A stretch of 64,000 bases of DNA, from NCBI RefSeq assembly GCF_009914755.1, contig NC_060934.1, one strand, 5' to 3'. Shown here piece by piece: positions 17,175 to 30,411 of the stretch (position 1 is its first letter; every line of letters starts with the position of its first letter). The notes beneath the pieces are model-generated. The model was given only the letters and a program-made list of their open reading frames with translations. It made no database searches and was not told where the DNA came from. Source of the DNA: the human T2T-CHM13v2.0 reference genome, Homo sapiens. The translations under genes were made by a program, and so were the position numbers.

Positions 17175-17539
17175 GTCTTCACAACTTCCCTGAACAATCA
17201 GGCCGGAGATCCTCTTAAGTCTCCATAGGCCAATGCACAAATGATTTAGCCGTTCCAAGACGCCATTAGATTATGGAGGAAGGGTGTTAACTGTGGTTTC
17301 TCTTATCTTTAAATAACAACTTCCTGTATTAGCCTGGCATGAAGATGGCGCCAGGCAAACCAAACTGTGATTCTGCTAGTCCCACCAAACAAGACAGGGC
17401 AGGGGACAAGGGGGATGGGAGCCTCTCCATATTTGGAATGTTCCTTTCTGCTTGCAAGCAGGCACCAGTGTACCAGCTTGGTAACTCATTTAAATATACA
17501 TATATTTAAAACAATAGTCATAAAGGTTCTTGGAATATG

Positions 17540-18310
17540 GATTGAAAAACAACTACACCTGTAAATATAGATTATGGCTTTAGGATAGCCTAATCATAAG
17601 CAACTAGTAGGATGATTAAGCATGAAAAAAAAAATAAACCTTCTTTCGATGTAAAAGCCATCAAAAAGTTACCAAGACATTCCTCTTCTTAAGGAAGTTT
17701 GTAGTTATCATTTATTTTTTACAGGATTATTGAAGAATATATACTTATCCATACTATAACATGAGTGGCAATTATTAGGGGAAAATATTCTTCAACTTTT
17801 TTTTTTAAATAAGGAAGCAGTAAAGGATGTTTGCTCATCTTATGCCAAGAAATATACATAGGAGGTGTTCTATAAACTTTCATAATTTATACAAATGTTT
17901 TTGGTTTGTAAAATTTAGCAAATTTCTTCTCAGATATTGAAAAGGTCATTTACAGTTTTAAGAATCTTGGTTTTAGGCCAGTTAAAGAAATACATGTTTT
18001 TTTCTTTTAAGTACATGGGAAAAATAAACAGTGACTTTACCTGATTCTGTCAGATTTTAGCTAGACTTAAAGTATTTTGGTACAAGTTTTTGTTTAGGTT
18101 CTCATGTGCAGTTACTGCACCTTAAATTACAGACATTTTGCCATTGACAAAGATTGAGAAGGCTCGTCATTCTACAATTTCAGTTGCTCCGATTCCGCAA
18201 ATACTTTAGAAAGAGTTTCTACAACTCCAAGTAGACTTTCAAATGCTTGATTTTTCAATAAAACTTAAAACATAATATTGGAAAGTGATATGGAACCTGT
18301 TTACCAAATC
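17540..18310 (+). mobile_element. Decayed hAT (Charlie-like) DNA transposase coding fragment
   Basis: Frameshifted motifs in the expected order: LIHT..W..RG..LQLFF (cf. LLYHTEVRWLSRG.VL.RFF), W.VKLA..SDI and KEFLQLQVDFQ...YW. Confidence 0.4.
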
Positions 18311-21300
18311 CAGATGGAGCACGGGAAGCTAGAAGCCAGTGAGAGGGCAACCCAGGTAACTTGCCCTTGGGATAGAGACCTTGTTCTCTATTCTGCCAAG
18401 ACTTGACACACAGTGCTTCAGAATAAAGCTTTCTTCTAATTCTTAAGACCTATACCTATTTCTCTCTAATGTCTAATTAAGATATAGTATTCCAGAAAGT
18501 GGAAATAAAAGATGATGTGTTTTACAGACCAAACCCACAGGCACAAGCTAGCTTAAAGAAAAGTGAGGAGAAGGGGAGGTGATTAACTTTAAGCAAAAAT
18601 AAGAAAAGCAAATCATTTTAGTTCTCTTAACTAGGTGGTGTGCACTCCAGCAGTAGTAACCCCATGTTGCTAATATGATCATGTGACCTAGACACTCAAC
18701 AAGTCAGCTCAGAGGCCTGGGTTGTACCGAGAGCAATTCCCACAAATGAGACACGGTGGTGGAAGAAGGAAGAGAAAGAGTCCAGGCTTTTTCATTTTGA
18801 GAAGAAAATGATAGCCTCCCAGTAAAGGGAGTGGTATGGGTTCAAGTCCCAGCTCTGTTGTTCCCCATCTATGGGAATTTACACAAGACAAAGAGAGAGG
18901 TGGCTAAGACACAGCAGGGAAGAACTGATTGGGGAAACTGTATTAGAATCAAACTACAAGGACAGAGACTGCTCAAGAGAAAAAAAAATTCCTTCTCTCC
19001 CCATCCTGCAAGAAAGGATTATGAATAAAAAGGGCGATTTTGCATTTATAGCATTTGTGCCTCCAGGAGGTCCAATCTATGAATCTGTAAAAGAAGATGT
19101 CAGATGTTGGAGAAAATTGGAGAGGAGAATCCACAGAAGCTGCCAGTACCTGGGTAACCTGTGTGAAGGACAGGTCACTTCCTGATCACAGCTGAGCCTG
19201 CGTTGGTTGGAGCCAGGACTGTCCCTCCCCATAGAATAGCCCTGCCAAGGCAGGGGTTCCTACGCACCCCTCCTACTCATTCTCTCTCGGGAGATCTGGT
19301 TTGCAGACTTTTGCAGACAAAGAAGCCAATGTACTGAAGGAAAGTTTCAGTGATTTTCCCAAGGTCATACTACTTAAAATTAGAAAAAACAAAACAAAAC
19401 AAAAAAAAACCCACCAATCCCAAAGTAATCTGAGGTCAGATTCCCCAGGAAATGGTGTGGTGACTGAACGATGCCAATCAGTCTGATAAGAAGATTGAGA
19501 TGGAATATGAGGCTGGTGAAATTCACAAAGAAAAATATTGAGCATCAAGGGTGTAGCAGTTCCCACTGTTACCACCTTTAAATGACATGTTTGGTCTGAA
19601 ACAAGGAATGCCATCACAATTAATAATAACACCAACTAATATTCTTTGAACATTTACTGTAAGCAGGCACCAGTCTATCAGCTGTACCTGCCATAACCCA
19701 TTTAAATATACACATATTTAAACAATAGTAATAAAGGTTCTTGGAAGGCAACTGCTTCCAAAACAAACCTGATTAACAGCTTCAGTAATCTGCTTTGATA
19801 AGCAGGGTGAGGTTAGAAATACTGGAGCCTGGCACAGGGCACAGCGTGGGCCACTGACTGGATTTAATGCTGTGTTCATGCTTGATGTTAGGTTCTGGAT
19901 CAGGGAAGGGGCTGGGGCTCCAAGTGGTTATAGAGGACACTCAGGGAGTCATTGCCCACCAGTTAGAAAGATTTACAATCTTTCTATAGTGGTACATCCA
20001 TAGCAATCTGTACTGGTCAAATAGCAGCCCTACTGACAGGTGTCAATCCTGACTCACCCTTCCTTTTTCAGGAAACTTTGCCAAGTGTCACCATAATCTT
20101 GCAGCAAAGCCTCCTATATGTTTAACAAAATACAAAGTGTTCCCCCCTGATTATCTCTCCCTGCCTGGAAATGTGTGGGTGTCCTCTGTCTGGAAGTAAC
20201 CCTGCTTGCTTTCCCAGAATTTGCCAATTCCTGTGTGAGACCCTGGCCTTTTCTGCCAATTGAGGTGGAGTTTAAGAGTTGTTATTAAGGACATGAAGTT
20301 TTCTCTGTATCATGAGAGGATGATGCAAATAACTTTGAACTTTCCCTGTACACCCCTCACTCCTATCTGGGCTCACCCTGGGGAGGATTTGTGTTTTTTC
20401 AAGAAAGCTGAACCTAACTGAGCATGCATAAAAAGATCATATGAATTACCACGTGCAAACATGAAACCATCTTATCTTAACACCTTGTTGGCAAAGAATC
20501 TCCTACAGGTACTGGAACTTTTGTGGGTAAGTGGAAGGAGTCACCGTATATCTTATTTGCAATCTAACATCAAGAAGAGTACATTGTCATGATCTTCCAA
20601 CTGTGTGCCTTGAAACAGAGTCCTGGGAAGAGCCCTAATGTTTAGTGTTAAGAATCTCCAAATGGCTGGCTGGGCTCTTGCTTACTTCAGGCAGTTCTTT
20701 GCCTCTCTTTTGTTCAGGAGTCCATTGATTCTTTAAACGGGGAATCCATTGTTAACATTTTTAATAGTAGTGTTCAAAACAAAAAGCGATCTCTGGAGCC
20801 TGACAGCAGCTACTGAGTTGACCATCTGTCCTGTGCTTGGGCTTCTCACCCTTTCAGTCCCAGGCAAGGTTACTGGTTCTTGTAGCTACAGCCACGTTAG
20901 CCAGTATCACCCACCGTGGTCTCCCTGAGGCAGCCTCCACCAGCACTCTCACCTTAGCCCTGCCACCTCTGTCAGTTGTATCACCTCAGCAGCAGCCACT
21001 CTCATCTTTTCTGTCCTTGCTGTCACTGCATCCCAACTGTAGTCACTGTGGTTGGGCAATTGAGGTGTTAGGCATTCTTGCAACAAGGAAGTGGAAACAT
21101 TTGACCAAGGAATCCAACTAGCTGTGGGGCATAAAGGATAAGGAGAATGGAGGGGGCAGTGTTGAGAATAGAGACATCAAAGTACTGTGCGTCGATATTG
21201 AAGTAGCTTAGTGCGCTGATGATCCTGCAGAGGCCAAACACACCTCAGGAGAGGGACATGGGGAGGCCACGGTGGGATTAGGGATGAAGAGACAGGACTT

Positions 21301-21453
21301 GGCAATGAGGGAGCAGAGTGTGACTTGGAGCTCTCCATTTTGATGGCTTTCACTTTGTGACTGAGGACTTTTGCAACTACACCTGCTGACTTTGTCAATA
21401 AAGATAAAGATTTCAGCCTGCCTGTGGTGACTGAGCATTCAGTTAATGCTATA

Positions 21454-21880
21454 TGTTATGAATGGAATTGTCTCCCCCAAAATTCATATGTTGAAATCAT
21501 AACCCTCAGGATGTGATCTTATTTAGAAATAGTATCCTTACAGAGGTAATCAAGTTCAAAGGTCTTTGGGGTGGGTATTAATTCAATGTGACTAGTGTGC
21601 TTATAAAAATGGAGAAATTTGGAGGCAGGCATGCACAGAGGGAGAATGCCAAGTAAGGATGAAGGCAGAGATGCTTCTACATGTCAAGGAACACCAGAAA
21701 ACCACCAGAATCTAGGGGAGAGGCATGGAACAGATTCTTTCTCACCGTCCTCAGAAGAAATCAACCTTGCCACAACTTTTTCAGACTTCTAGCCTGCAGA
21801 ACTGTGAAACAATACATTTCTGTTGTTTAAGCCTCACACTTTATAGTACTTTGTTACAGCAGCCCTAGCAAACTAATACA
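21454..21880 (+). mobile_element. MLT1 (MaLR) LTR inserted into the NAP1L retrocopy
   Basis: tgttatgaatggaattgtctcccccaaaattcatatgttgaa...gcagccctagcaaactaataca termini. Confidence 0.85.
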
Positions 21881-22138
21881 TCATCACAATCTTTCCAGCA
21901 GAATCTGCCCAAAGAAAATTAACATTCTATAAGGAAATTATTAATCTTGAAAAAAATGTATGCTGGTCTCCATCAACCTCTGTTAGATAAGAGATAGAAA
22001 GTCTTCATTGTAGCAGAAGACCCTAAAGAAGATGAAGTGAAAAGAAACCAGGTATTTGCAGAGGGACTTGCCTGAAGGAATGAAAAGAAGGCAAAACTTG
22101 GAGAGGGGAAAAGTGTGAAAGAAAAGATGATCCAGAAG

Positions 22139-22349
22139 CAATGGTTCTCAACCTTGACTGAGATTCAACCTTGGTTGATGTTGGATTCACCTGGGGAGGT
22201 GGTTATGGAGAAGGCTTTTTATAACTCCTGATACTCATGCAATATCCTACATTAATTACATCAGAAGCTCTGGGTATGGGACCCAGATATCAGTATTTTG
22301 CAACGGTCCCCAGGGGATTCCATTGTGCAGCCAAGGTAGAGAACCACTG
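22139..22349. mobile_element. MER5-type hAT MITE inserted into the NAP1L retrocopy
   Basis: TIRs caatggttctc / gagaaccactg with TCTAGA-like flanks. Confidence 0.8.
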
Positions 22350-24216
22350 CCTAGAGAGTTCCTCATTTTTGGTGAACTGTGTTGAAAAATGTTATCTGGC
22401 TCCTAAATACAGTTCTGAACCATGTTCTAGAGCTCCTGAAATATTCCAGAGTGAAGTTTCAGATGTTGGTGAGCCTGCGAGTTTTACAGTGGACTTTCTG
22501 TTTGAACTGAATATTTCACAAATGAGATGTTGAGATACGCAATAAGATAATCCTCAGACAATTCTGGTCTCCTTTTCTCCAGTGGAGCAGACGTGCCAGG
22601 CTGAGTGGTATGTGAGCCTACCCAGGAGAAAAGAAAAGAATGCTACTACAAAAGGAAGCTGTAAAAATGCACGGGGCAGGGAAATATTTGAAGAGTGAAC
22701 AAACCAGCTTCTGTTGATTCTTTTTTAAGTTATTCTTGCGAGTGGAGACTTCAATGCCTTCAAAGCTGTCTTTGCTGCAGATTACACATAGGGGCACTTT
22801 CTCGATGACTGTATAGTGCCATAATCAATAGCTACTTCATAAGAGAAGATTACAAAGATAACTGTGATACAGAAGCTCAAGATGCTGGTGATGGCAAAGC
22901 AGAAAATGCAGCTCAGAAAAACAGGAGGAAGAAGAAGAAGAACAAACATCTATTCATACCCAGCAGACTGCAAGTCATAATGAATCAGTTTGTGTGAATC
23001 TTTGGGGAAAATCTTGAATATTATAGACTAAAATATAATTTTCCATGGCTTAAAATCTTGTGCATTCAATTTTTCTTGTTTAAAAAGGATTTTCTTAAAA
23101 AAATAAGTTTTAAAAAAGCAAACCAATTTATTCCACTTTGAATTACAATCATGTACTTTGAACTCAGTCTATAGGATGCCGCCAATTCTGTATATTTATT
23201 GGCACTATAATTTACATCTTGTGAATGGCTTTGTCATGTAGGAATAGGACTAGAGTTGTGAGTTTTATCAGAATTGTCATCTGAGATCACTATTTACTTA
23301 GAAAAAATTGTTCACAAGAACCAGTTAAAGTAGTTTCTAGGCTAGCTTGCCTTTGCTGTGCCTTTGTCATAGAAATGCAACCTCTATTCTAGCAAGGAGA
23401 TAAATCTATTTGATTTTGATGACTTATCAGTAATAAAAGTTTAAAATTTCTAGCAGGACCACATTTTATAATATTAGCTGTTGGCTGGTTTATATGACAG
23501 AAGTATACTTAAGATTATCTTTTTGTCACTTGAGGATTAAAATATTTATCACATTATTTAAAAAAAAAACAGATCCAGTGCCATCCCTTTATACAGTTGG
23601 TCTAGGAAAGAGAGCTGGCATCTGCTTCACAGGCCAGGCGGGCCACATTTTGTACAAGGGGAAAAGGTAAGTGGCTGGCTTGGTGGAGCTATGTAACAAT
23701 GACCATCATAGATACAACAATAATCTCTTACCTAGTGTTACACACCTAACGTTAAAACTAATACCAGAAATTATAATAAAGTTACAATCTACCTTAGAGA
23801 GAAAGAATACTCACTGGCTTTTTATCCTCAAGAGATACTGTGTCTCCTGTGGCTTTCTGAAAAAACACAAACTAAAAAAAAAAAAAAATGATACAGAGAT
23901 GGAGAGCATGAGAACCAGCCAACCTGAGTTCTTATTCCACAGCTTCACTCTCTCAGCAGCTGACCTTGGGCTTAGTCAGCTTCTCCCTGTCTCCATTTTC
24001 ACATCTATAAAATGAAGGTAAGACTATATGTTCTGCTTACCTACAGAACTATTTAGAAAATTGAAATAATGAATGTGAAACACTCAGAGCAGTAAATAAA
24101 TACTAGGCAAATGTAAGGAGTTATAGAACCCTTGTTTACTTTATTCCTGTAGCAAATGCCCCCTTTCAAATGTAGTTTATTCTTTTAATCAGTTTTCCTG
24201 CTTCTCGCTTCTACAT

Positions 24217-24284
24217 TTGACTTCCATTTATTTCTCCTGCTTTTATTTACTTGGCTTCCATTTATTTCTCCTGCTTTTATTTAT
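24217..24284. repeat. Tandem duplication, 2 x 34 bp
   Basis: ttg(a/g)cttccatttatttctcctgcttttattta(c/t) occurs twice. Confidence 0.85.
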
Positions 24285-27200
24285 TTTTGTTTTCCCCATT
24301 TCCTCACCTAGTGGCTTTAAAAAATACATCTTTTTAGATTGTTTGCACTTTTATCAAAGCTTTTGATTCTTTTTCTGGAAGGTGACATAAATATAAATAA
24401 TGGTATAATAAACTCAGTCCCAGTTATCTCAGGTAAAAGATGTATTCTCCATGCACCATCATCTTACCCCTGACCACCATCTTGCAGGGTGGGTATTTTT
24501 TCCAACCGTAGGCTGCAGCTAGTGCTGATGCAACCAAACAATTTGTTTGCCTTCTACCGGCAGGAGTCAGGATCCCTGGGTTAAAATCTGGCCTGCACCT
24601 CTAGCAAGCTGTGTGAACTTCTGCAAGTTCATTTTTAAAAATAAATCTTAATTTGAGTCCCACCGATCTAGACATCAAGGAGGCAATGACAAACCAGCAC
24701 CCTACCAAGTCAGCTTTACAATCCCCACATCGGCAACACCTGGGCAATGCACCATGTCCTCCTCCTAGAGGTTGGGGAGGGCTGAGTGATGTGTGTGTAA
24801 AACACCAAGCACAGTCGGGAGCCGCAGGGAGCACTCAGTAACTGTCAGCAGTTCCAGGTTAGCCCCTGAGCAGACAGTCCTCGTCAGACAACCTGAGACC
24901 CGGGAACCAAGAGGCCGACCAATCCCTGCAGGATTTCATCCATAACCTCTTCCTTCTACCTGGATCTAACTTCCTGAATGACCAGCGAAGTTTTGCAAGT
25001 TGGGCACAAACCTAGCGGAATAAATGGGGCTTTGGGCTGAAATGGGAACCGATGAAATGAATGTTTTCTTTTGAACACTCATGAAAAACAAGGAGTCTCA
25101 ATTTCTTTAAATGTCCACATAATACAACCTGACTGCATTTTATTCCAGTGAAAGAATCTATTGTTTCTATGCATGGTAAACAGCCAGAAAGTAGGAGTTT
25201 CCTGTTAATTCTTATCACTTTTCAGAAGCAGCTTCTCCACTGATGTATCTCCTGCACCCCATCAGTACTAAAAGCAACCTGCTCCTTAGAGACACAGGCT
25301 CCAGCAAAGACAGGAGAAGAATCGAGAGGCTCCAGGGAGAAGCCGAAGTGAAATGGATGTGGAGCCAGCTGTGCAGGGACCAGTGCAAGCCTCAGAATGC
25401 AGCAGAGGCTACTTGGAAACAATTTGCTGATCTTCAACAATCTTTTTCTTTAAAATGCATTTAATTCATTCAAATGCTGGAAACAATGCCAGTAGCCGAC
25501 AACAGAAGCAGAGTGGAATGAATTATGCAGCATTCTATCAGTGAAATATTATGCATCTGTCCAGAATCATAGTTATGTTTTAAAAAACATTTAAACTGGA
25601 AATGTCTCATTACGTAATGAGAAGTTTGAAAAACACAGTGCACAGAAGCATACCACCATAAGATGCAAGTCCAAAATTAGTGATGAACTAACAGCAGCAA
25701 CAACAAAAGGCATATATACATTTTGTTTGAAAGCTTTAAAGGAAATATACTAACAGTGTGTAACATAGGGGTACTGGTTTTATTTCCTTCTGCAGATTTT
25801 CATGTACTTTATAATTTTCTTTAGTGAATATTACTTTCATCATGTTAACGAATAAAAGTTACAAAATAGATGATCAGCTTTTGATGGAATTCAATCCTGA
25901 TTTTTTTAAACTGTGTTCCTTTGCAACGTTATATTGTGTTGGTAAAAAAGGTAAGGCCCAGTTTAGTCCTGGAGAGGATCCCAAGAGTTATTTATGTGGC
26001 CCTCCTTCTGCCTCAGGCAGCTACACTATTATCATCACTATTCTACAAAAGTTGCACCTGAGAGAGAGTAAGGCACTTGCCCAAGGTCACACAAGCAACA
26101 AATAGCAGACTAGTAGACTAGGACTCAGATTTTCTTACTATGATGATAGTGTTCTATGCTATGTTATGTTATGTTATGTTATGTTAGTATTTTCGACAAC
26201 TTATTAAAGCTAAAATTTATATTCTCCCTGGGCTAATGCAATATTGAAAAGGAGAAAATTGCAAGTCTTTTGACATTTCATTAAAATGGACAGTTCAATG
26301 TCAGTATTACAAAGAATACTAGATCCTGAATTTCCAGGCCCCTGGACACCCACTGTGATTTCATGTCTCCTTGCTCTATGCCATTCTTTGGTTTGCGATC
26401 CCAAGCTGGTTCAGCTGCATCTTAGCCCCCGGCCTGACCTGGCCCCAGGAGGGCATTTAGAACACAGGCACCGGGGTGGTCCAGGCTGCAACTGCTCCGC
26501 TGCTCATCTCTCATGTTGAGAAGGTTCCCTCAGCCACCTTGTCCAAATATCTCTGCTCAAATGTTGCCTTCTCAAGGAGGCTGCCTGGATTATCCAGCTT
26601 CCAGGAGCTTTCTCCCCTCCCCATATTCTCTCCCCACTTTCCTGTTCGATCGTTCTCCAAGCATAAAGATGCTGTATATTTGCCTGGTTTGTATTCTCCG
26701 TCTTGGCCAACTAGAACACATTGCTTCCAGGGACAGGGGACGTGTTCTGTCTTGTTCACTGATACATCCTCGTGCCTAGAATGGGGCCTGGCACATAGCA
26801 GTTGCTCAGTAGGTATTTATTGAAGTGAAGGAAGGAGGAAGGTATGGGTAGGATTCCCCCGCCTTACCTCCATTACCCCAGCAATAAATAGCAGCATGTC
26901 ATCATCACGGCTCACTGCTCACCGTTGCCATCCTAGAGCCACTTCCAGGAAACTGCTGAGCCTTCCCAGAAGGCTTGGAAGGTGCGTCCTTCCTGCCCTT
27001 CTCTAAGTCTGTGCTTTCCTAGGTTAAGTTCTGAGAAACCAGGCCAAACTAGCACACTACAGCAGTGGCATGTGAACATGCAGGCACGTAGATACTGTAT
27101 TTGCAGGCCGATGTCAGCTGAGTGCCTTTAGAGTTTCTGAAGGGAAAGCTGCCTGCCTTTCACAGAAGCCCATTTGAAACTGGGTCTTAATAAAACAATT

Positions 27201-27461
27201 TACTACTCACCACAGTATGTGAATATTCAGTGTGGTAGAGTGCCACCTCTAATAAGCTTTTGTTCTGATCCAAGTTATCCAAAATGCTAATATTAGTGGT
27301 TGAAACGTCCAAGACTCAGGTCGCTTTATTATTTATACAATTCAACTTCTCAATACTTACTATAATAAAAATACCCCAAATCCCTTGCACACATATCTCC
27401 AGTAGTTTTATATCAACTCCACGGGAAGTTAGAGACAATAGTTCTTAACAATAACAATTAG

Positions 27462-27808
<347 letters not shown>

Positions 27809-30233
27809 TATTCTTGATTATTTACAGCAACCCTGTGAGCTACATGTCTATTCCTACATAAGACAGCAAAGTTGCCGAGAGCTGAAACAGTACAGCTAGG
27901 AGAAACTGCAATCAGCCTCTGCTCTGGCTTCAAAGCTCAGTCCATTTCACAGCAGGGGGGTTTCTGAGTGGAGGATTCAGCTGCTCCATTGTATGATGAG
28001 ACAATATTGTGGAGTATTTGTCTATGGTCTTTCTCCCACCTCCCTCTGTCCCCCATCACTTCCCAGAACAATGGCACTAGAAGGTAAAAAAGGTCATGTT
28101 ATTGATATTTTAGTCAAAAGATGTAAACTAGGGAATATCTGGAAGAAGCTGTACCCCATTAGAAGTCCTCTGAAGTCTCAAGGGGACAGAAGTGAAGCAG
28201 GAGGTTACTGGTGGGTCTCTGATGCCCAGAGGACAACAGAATGCTCAGATAATTTGGGGGACTGTGGGATCTGAAGAAAGAGATTTACATCCCTCCCATC
28301 CTCTGGATGGTGAGAGGAGAGAGGGCTGGGTGGCTTGTCAAAGACAAAAGGCTAAAGGTAGCCCCTGGAGTGGCTCATCTCCCCAAAAGGGTTGCAGAAG
28401 TTAGAGGAGAGAGAAGGAAGATGTGTAAGCAAGGGAGCTGGAGATAATGCTGAACAAAGCAGTGAGGACCCTGCAACCTGAGACCAGATAGAGCCACTGA
28501 CACCTCAGCAAGTACCAGGGTGGAGGGATGACCATGTCTGAGGATGCAACAAAACTAGCATCTATCTCAGAGGACAGCAACGTGAAGGAAGCCAACATGC
28601 AGCAACCAGCATTCTCCTCTGCCAAGGGCCACAACGTACTTTATGCTTTTAGGCACAAGGAGGAAAGGGAACATGTGGATTTACCAAGAATAAACCTGAA
28701 ATGGTTGGGACTCATTTTGACTTGTCATTCTATAGTGTGCCTCTAGCTGAATGGGATTTCCAAGGAAAGGTTAAGTTATGGGAAAATATTCACTTTTGGT
28801 CTGTGAGATGTATCAGCTACAGTTATTTTTGTCTGTGTCATACCCTCTCTCCTTCTATGCCTTTTTTTTCCTACGTTGGCTAAATTTGGCTGAATTTACT
28901 TTACAACTTAATATTGGGACTGTCAGAAAAGCTCAAAATCTCTGTCATAAAGATATCTATTGAGAAGTCCTCTTGGTCGTATAATGTATAAATCTCCTAT
29001 ATATGCCTAATTTTATTTTCCAAGGAACCCGCTAAAGTAAGCAGAGCAGATAGTATTATCTCACTTTTTAGATGAGGAAACTAAGGCTCAGTGAAGCTTA
29101 GTGGATTGCCCCAAATCACAATGGAGGGAACAAGATGCAGGCCCTTCAAACCCAAGCCCCAACTCTCACCCCTCTTCTACTTCACCCATGACCCTGTTTT
29201 TGCGATCGTGACCAAGTGTGGACCTTTCCAATCTTTGATATTCCACACACAGGAGAAGCCAGGAAGCCATTCCTGCTGGATGTAGTGACCAACACATTGG
29301 ATTTACCCAAATTGCCAAGTGATCCTGATAAACAAAATTAGAGTATTCAGATTGGAAAAATATTTTTTTGCAACTCCTCCTCACAACCCGGAACCCACTG
29401 GGTCTAAAAAACCTTGTATTTTCATTTCATTCACAGGAATATGGAGTTAGACATATGCTAGAGAAGGTGGGTTCCTCTATTAGAAGACTAAGAATTATTT
29501 GAGATTATGGGATAGTTTGTTATATAAAACAATAATCTAAGTCAAGAGAAAAATATGTGTTAGGGAAGTAATAATTTGTAGAACGTCAGATATCCCTGTG
29601 TACTGCAAAGTTCAATTCAACAAAGATTTAAGTAGAAAGGCATCACGCTAAGCCTGCCATAAGTAAGCAATATTATAAGTGAGGCTATAAACAATATAAA
29701 GAGAAGTTTTGCCCTCAAAGTTTACAAGATAATGGAAGGAATCAGACTAAAACCCTAGTAATGACGATCAAGGCAGAATTTATTAAGAGTGATTAAGAAT
29801 GTATTAAGGTATTAATTACAATCAAGGCAGAATATAAAAGCCGTGCCAAGTGGACGTCGTAGAATTAGAGAAGGGTGCAAACACATGTAGTTGGGAAAGA
29901 AGAGGAAGACTTCAAGAAAGGAGGAGGGGCAGTGTGTGGGCATTGAAAGACGAGTAGAATTTCAGCAGCGTCTACTGGGAACAGCCACATGCAAAAAGAA
30001 GTGATGCCCTCCATGAGATCCAGGGCTCCTGGTGACCTCTTTCCCCAGGACAGAAGGGTCAGGAGGGCCCCAGCTGCTTAGCCAGGTACTAGCACATGGT
30101 TTGACTTTTCTTCTCTATGATTTTAACTTCCAACTATTCCATGGAATGCCTCTCACAGGTAGAATCACCCTTTCTCCCATATCAAATACACACAATATGC
30201 CAAAGCAAATGAGTCTGCTGGTCTGAGTGCCTG

Positions 30234-30306
30234 CCAATCCAAGCCTGAGAAGAGGGTAAGCTGCACTGACCCACCTCCAGCAGGGGAACTTGGAGAGTAT
30301 ATAAAG
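30234..30306 (+). promoter_or_regulatory. Core promoter of the DMBT1-like gene: CCAAT (30234-30238) and TATA box TATATAAAG (30298-30306)
   Basis: The TATA lies about 50 nt upstream of a strong-Kozak ATG (ccaacATGG) that opens a signal-peptide exon. The CCAAT lies about 60 nt upstream of the TATA. Confidence 0.6.
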
Positions 30307-30347
30307 CTGAAACTCCAGGTTTTGCTGTAGCTAGAAGCTCTCCCAAC

Positions 30348-30411
30348 ATGGGCTGCCAAGCCCTCCCGCTTTGGCTGCTGTTCTTCCATGCCGTTATTCT
30401 ACCTGAAGCAG
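30348..30411 (+). pseudogene. Signal-peptide exon MGCQALPLWLLFFHAVILPEA
   Basis: Kozak ATG and hydrophobic core. 64 nt ending GCA G|GTACTA (phase 1), compatible with all downstream phase-1 exons. Confidence 0.7.

Larger units (their letters stand above)
21375..23569 (+). pseudogene. Ancient processed pseudogene of the NAP1L1/NAP1L4 (nucleosome assembly protein 1-like) family
   Basis: Collinear, intronless, stop-ridden matches: SLPVVTEHSVNA (cf. SLPRVVKRRVNA), AQRKLTFYKEIINLEK..YAGLHQPLLDKR, VPHFW*TVLKNV, VKFSDVGEPASFTVDFLFE..EYFTNEML, DSFF..SGD..AVFAADYT*GHFL, PADCKS** (cf. PAECKQQ*). ATTAAA at 23536 and an A-tract at 23560-23569 are a possible tail. Confidence 0.8.
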
